Virus record (IMG/VR): IMGVR_UViG_3300045988_174371
Location: 296,644 to 360,643 of that record
Strand: one strand, 5' to 3'
Length of the DNA: 64,000 nt
Source: a virus
Shown: positions 63,676 through 64,000 of the stretch, in pieces
How positions within the stretch are numbered: position 1 is the first letter of the stretch
Layout: each line of letters begins with the position of its first letter
Position numbers and translations under genes: made by a program
The notes under the pieces: generated by a model
What the model was told of the DNA's origin: nothing
Database searches by the model: none
Seen by the model: only the letters and a program-made list of their open reading frames with translations

Positions 63676-63910
63676 TTAGGGGAGCCGTGAGGCATCCCGC
63701 ATGTATGGGAGAGTTGCTACTGCGCCTCCCCCGTATGTGAGGTAGGTCAGGGATTCTCCTGACAGTGACCCTCCAGCTGGCAAACGTCAGCCTTCCTGGT
63801 CTTGACACCACCGCCGCCCAATCGGGGCTTGGCAATGTCCGCTTACTTCACCCACCTCGCCCAGCATCTCTACAGGCGAGGTGGCGACACACCGCTTGGG
63901 GTGTGTTGCG
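63676..63910 (-). repeat. tRNA-trailer structured element, copy E
   Basis: CGCAAC, H1 ACACCCC..GGTGTGT, H2 perfect 10 bp CCACCTCGCC/GGCGAGGTGG, GGTGTCAAGACCAGGAAGG, GGCTGACGTTTGCCAGC. Confidence 0.7.
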
Positions 63911-63994
63911 TGCCGCCGGAGGGATTTGAACCCCCAAAACCATAATGGTGACAGATTTACAGTCTGCTTCCTTCGCCAATAGGAGTGCAACGGC
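63911..63994 (-). tRNA. tRNA-Tyr (anticodon GTA), copy 2
   Basis: Identical by eye to 62628-62711, including 6 nt of 5' leader. Confidence 0.85.
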
Positions 63995-64000
63995 TTATAT

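Noticed and set aside
57851-63910. TTGACA in the conserved CCTGGTCTTGACACC segment of the repeat family, considered as a plus-strand -35 box
   Set aside because: The distance to the nearest AT-rich hexamer varies from about 20 to 34 nt between copies. Transcription from it would be antisense to the tRNAs. The motif is better explained as conserved RNA sequence on the minus strand.
57851-63910. HDV-like (theta-type) or hammerhead self-cleaving ribozyme downstream of the tRNAs
   Set aside because: I could not place a P1 pairing partner for the first 7 nt within a compact fold. No CUGAUGA...GAAA core is present. The idea remains open to experimental test but is not supported by the sequence.
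1-64000. CRISPR array, rRNA genes, integrase or attachment site
   Set aside because: I saw no regularly spaced short direct repeats, no rRNA-like sequence, and no tyrosine or serine recombinase motifs in any ORF.

Overview
The window looks like part of a large bacteriophage-like genome, probably actinobacterial. Evidence for that: an almost unbroken run of minus-strand genes, no rRNA or housekeeping genes, frequent GTG/TTG starts, apparent leaderless starts, and a class-F-like sortase. Very few products can be named.

Left to right:
- 1-1.5 kb: a tnpB-only IS200/IS605-type gene that runs off the left edge.
- 3.5-8.5 kb: a cell-surface cassette of sortase-like enzyme, lipoprotein and a 902-aa wall-anchored adhesin, followed by tRNA-Thr and tRNA-Pro.
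- 10.4-20.7 kb: five tandem paralogues of a ~800-aa protein, one of them split by a frameshift. All open with a His/Cys module (THVGFNK..G.LTSG.C....G.CPYGNHF). A looser version of that module also heads three unrelated large proteins at 20.8-30.9 kb.
- 28.6-28.9 kb: a tRNA trio (Ser, Gln, Gln).
- 37.0-51.1 kb: seven paralogues with a beta-helix-like repeat N-terminus and a conserved C-x5-H-x3-6-C-x-C ... YP.LL.G.P.A..YFL.A.G C-terminal domain. They surround a MoxR-type AAA+ ATPase and a VWA (MIDAS) protein.
- 51.7-57.7 kb: an operon of unassignable proteins.
- 57.9-64.0 kb: a minus-strand RNA island.

The RNA island holds 20 canonical CCA-less tRNA genes (26 in the whole window), three tRNA-like genes with normal acceptor and T arms but aberrant anticodon domains, four circularly permuted tRNA-like modules, and seven copies of a structured 100-300 nt element that always abuts a tRNA 3' end.

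A recurring extended -10 promoter (TGTGGTACACT / TGCTATAnT) and many hairpins punctuate the whole window.

All RNA coordinates were derived by hand and may be off by 1-2 nt. No database search or folding program was run.
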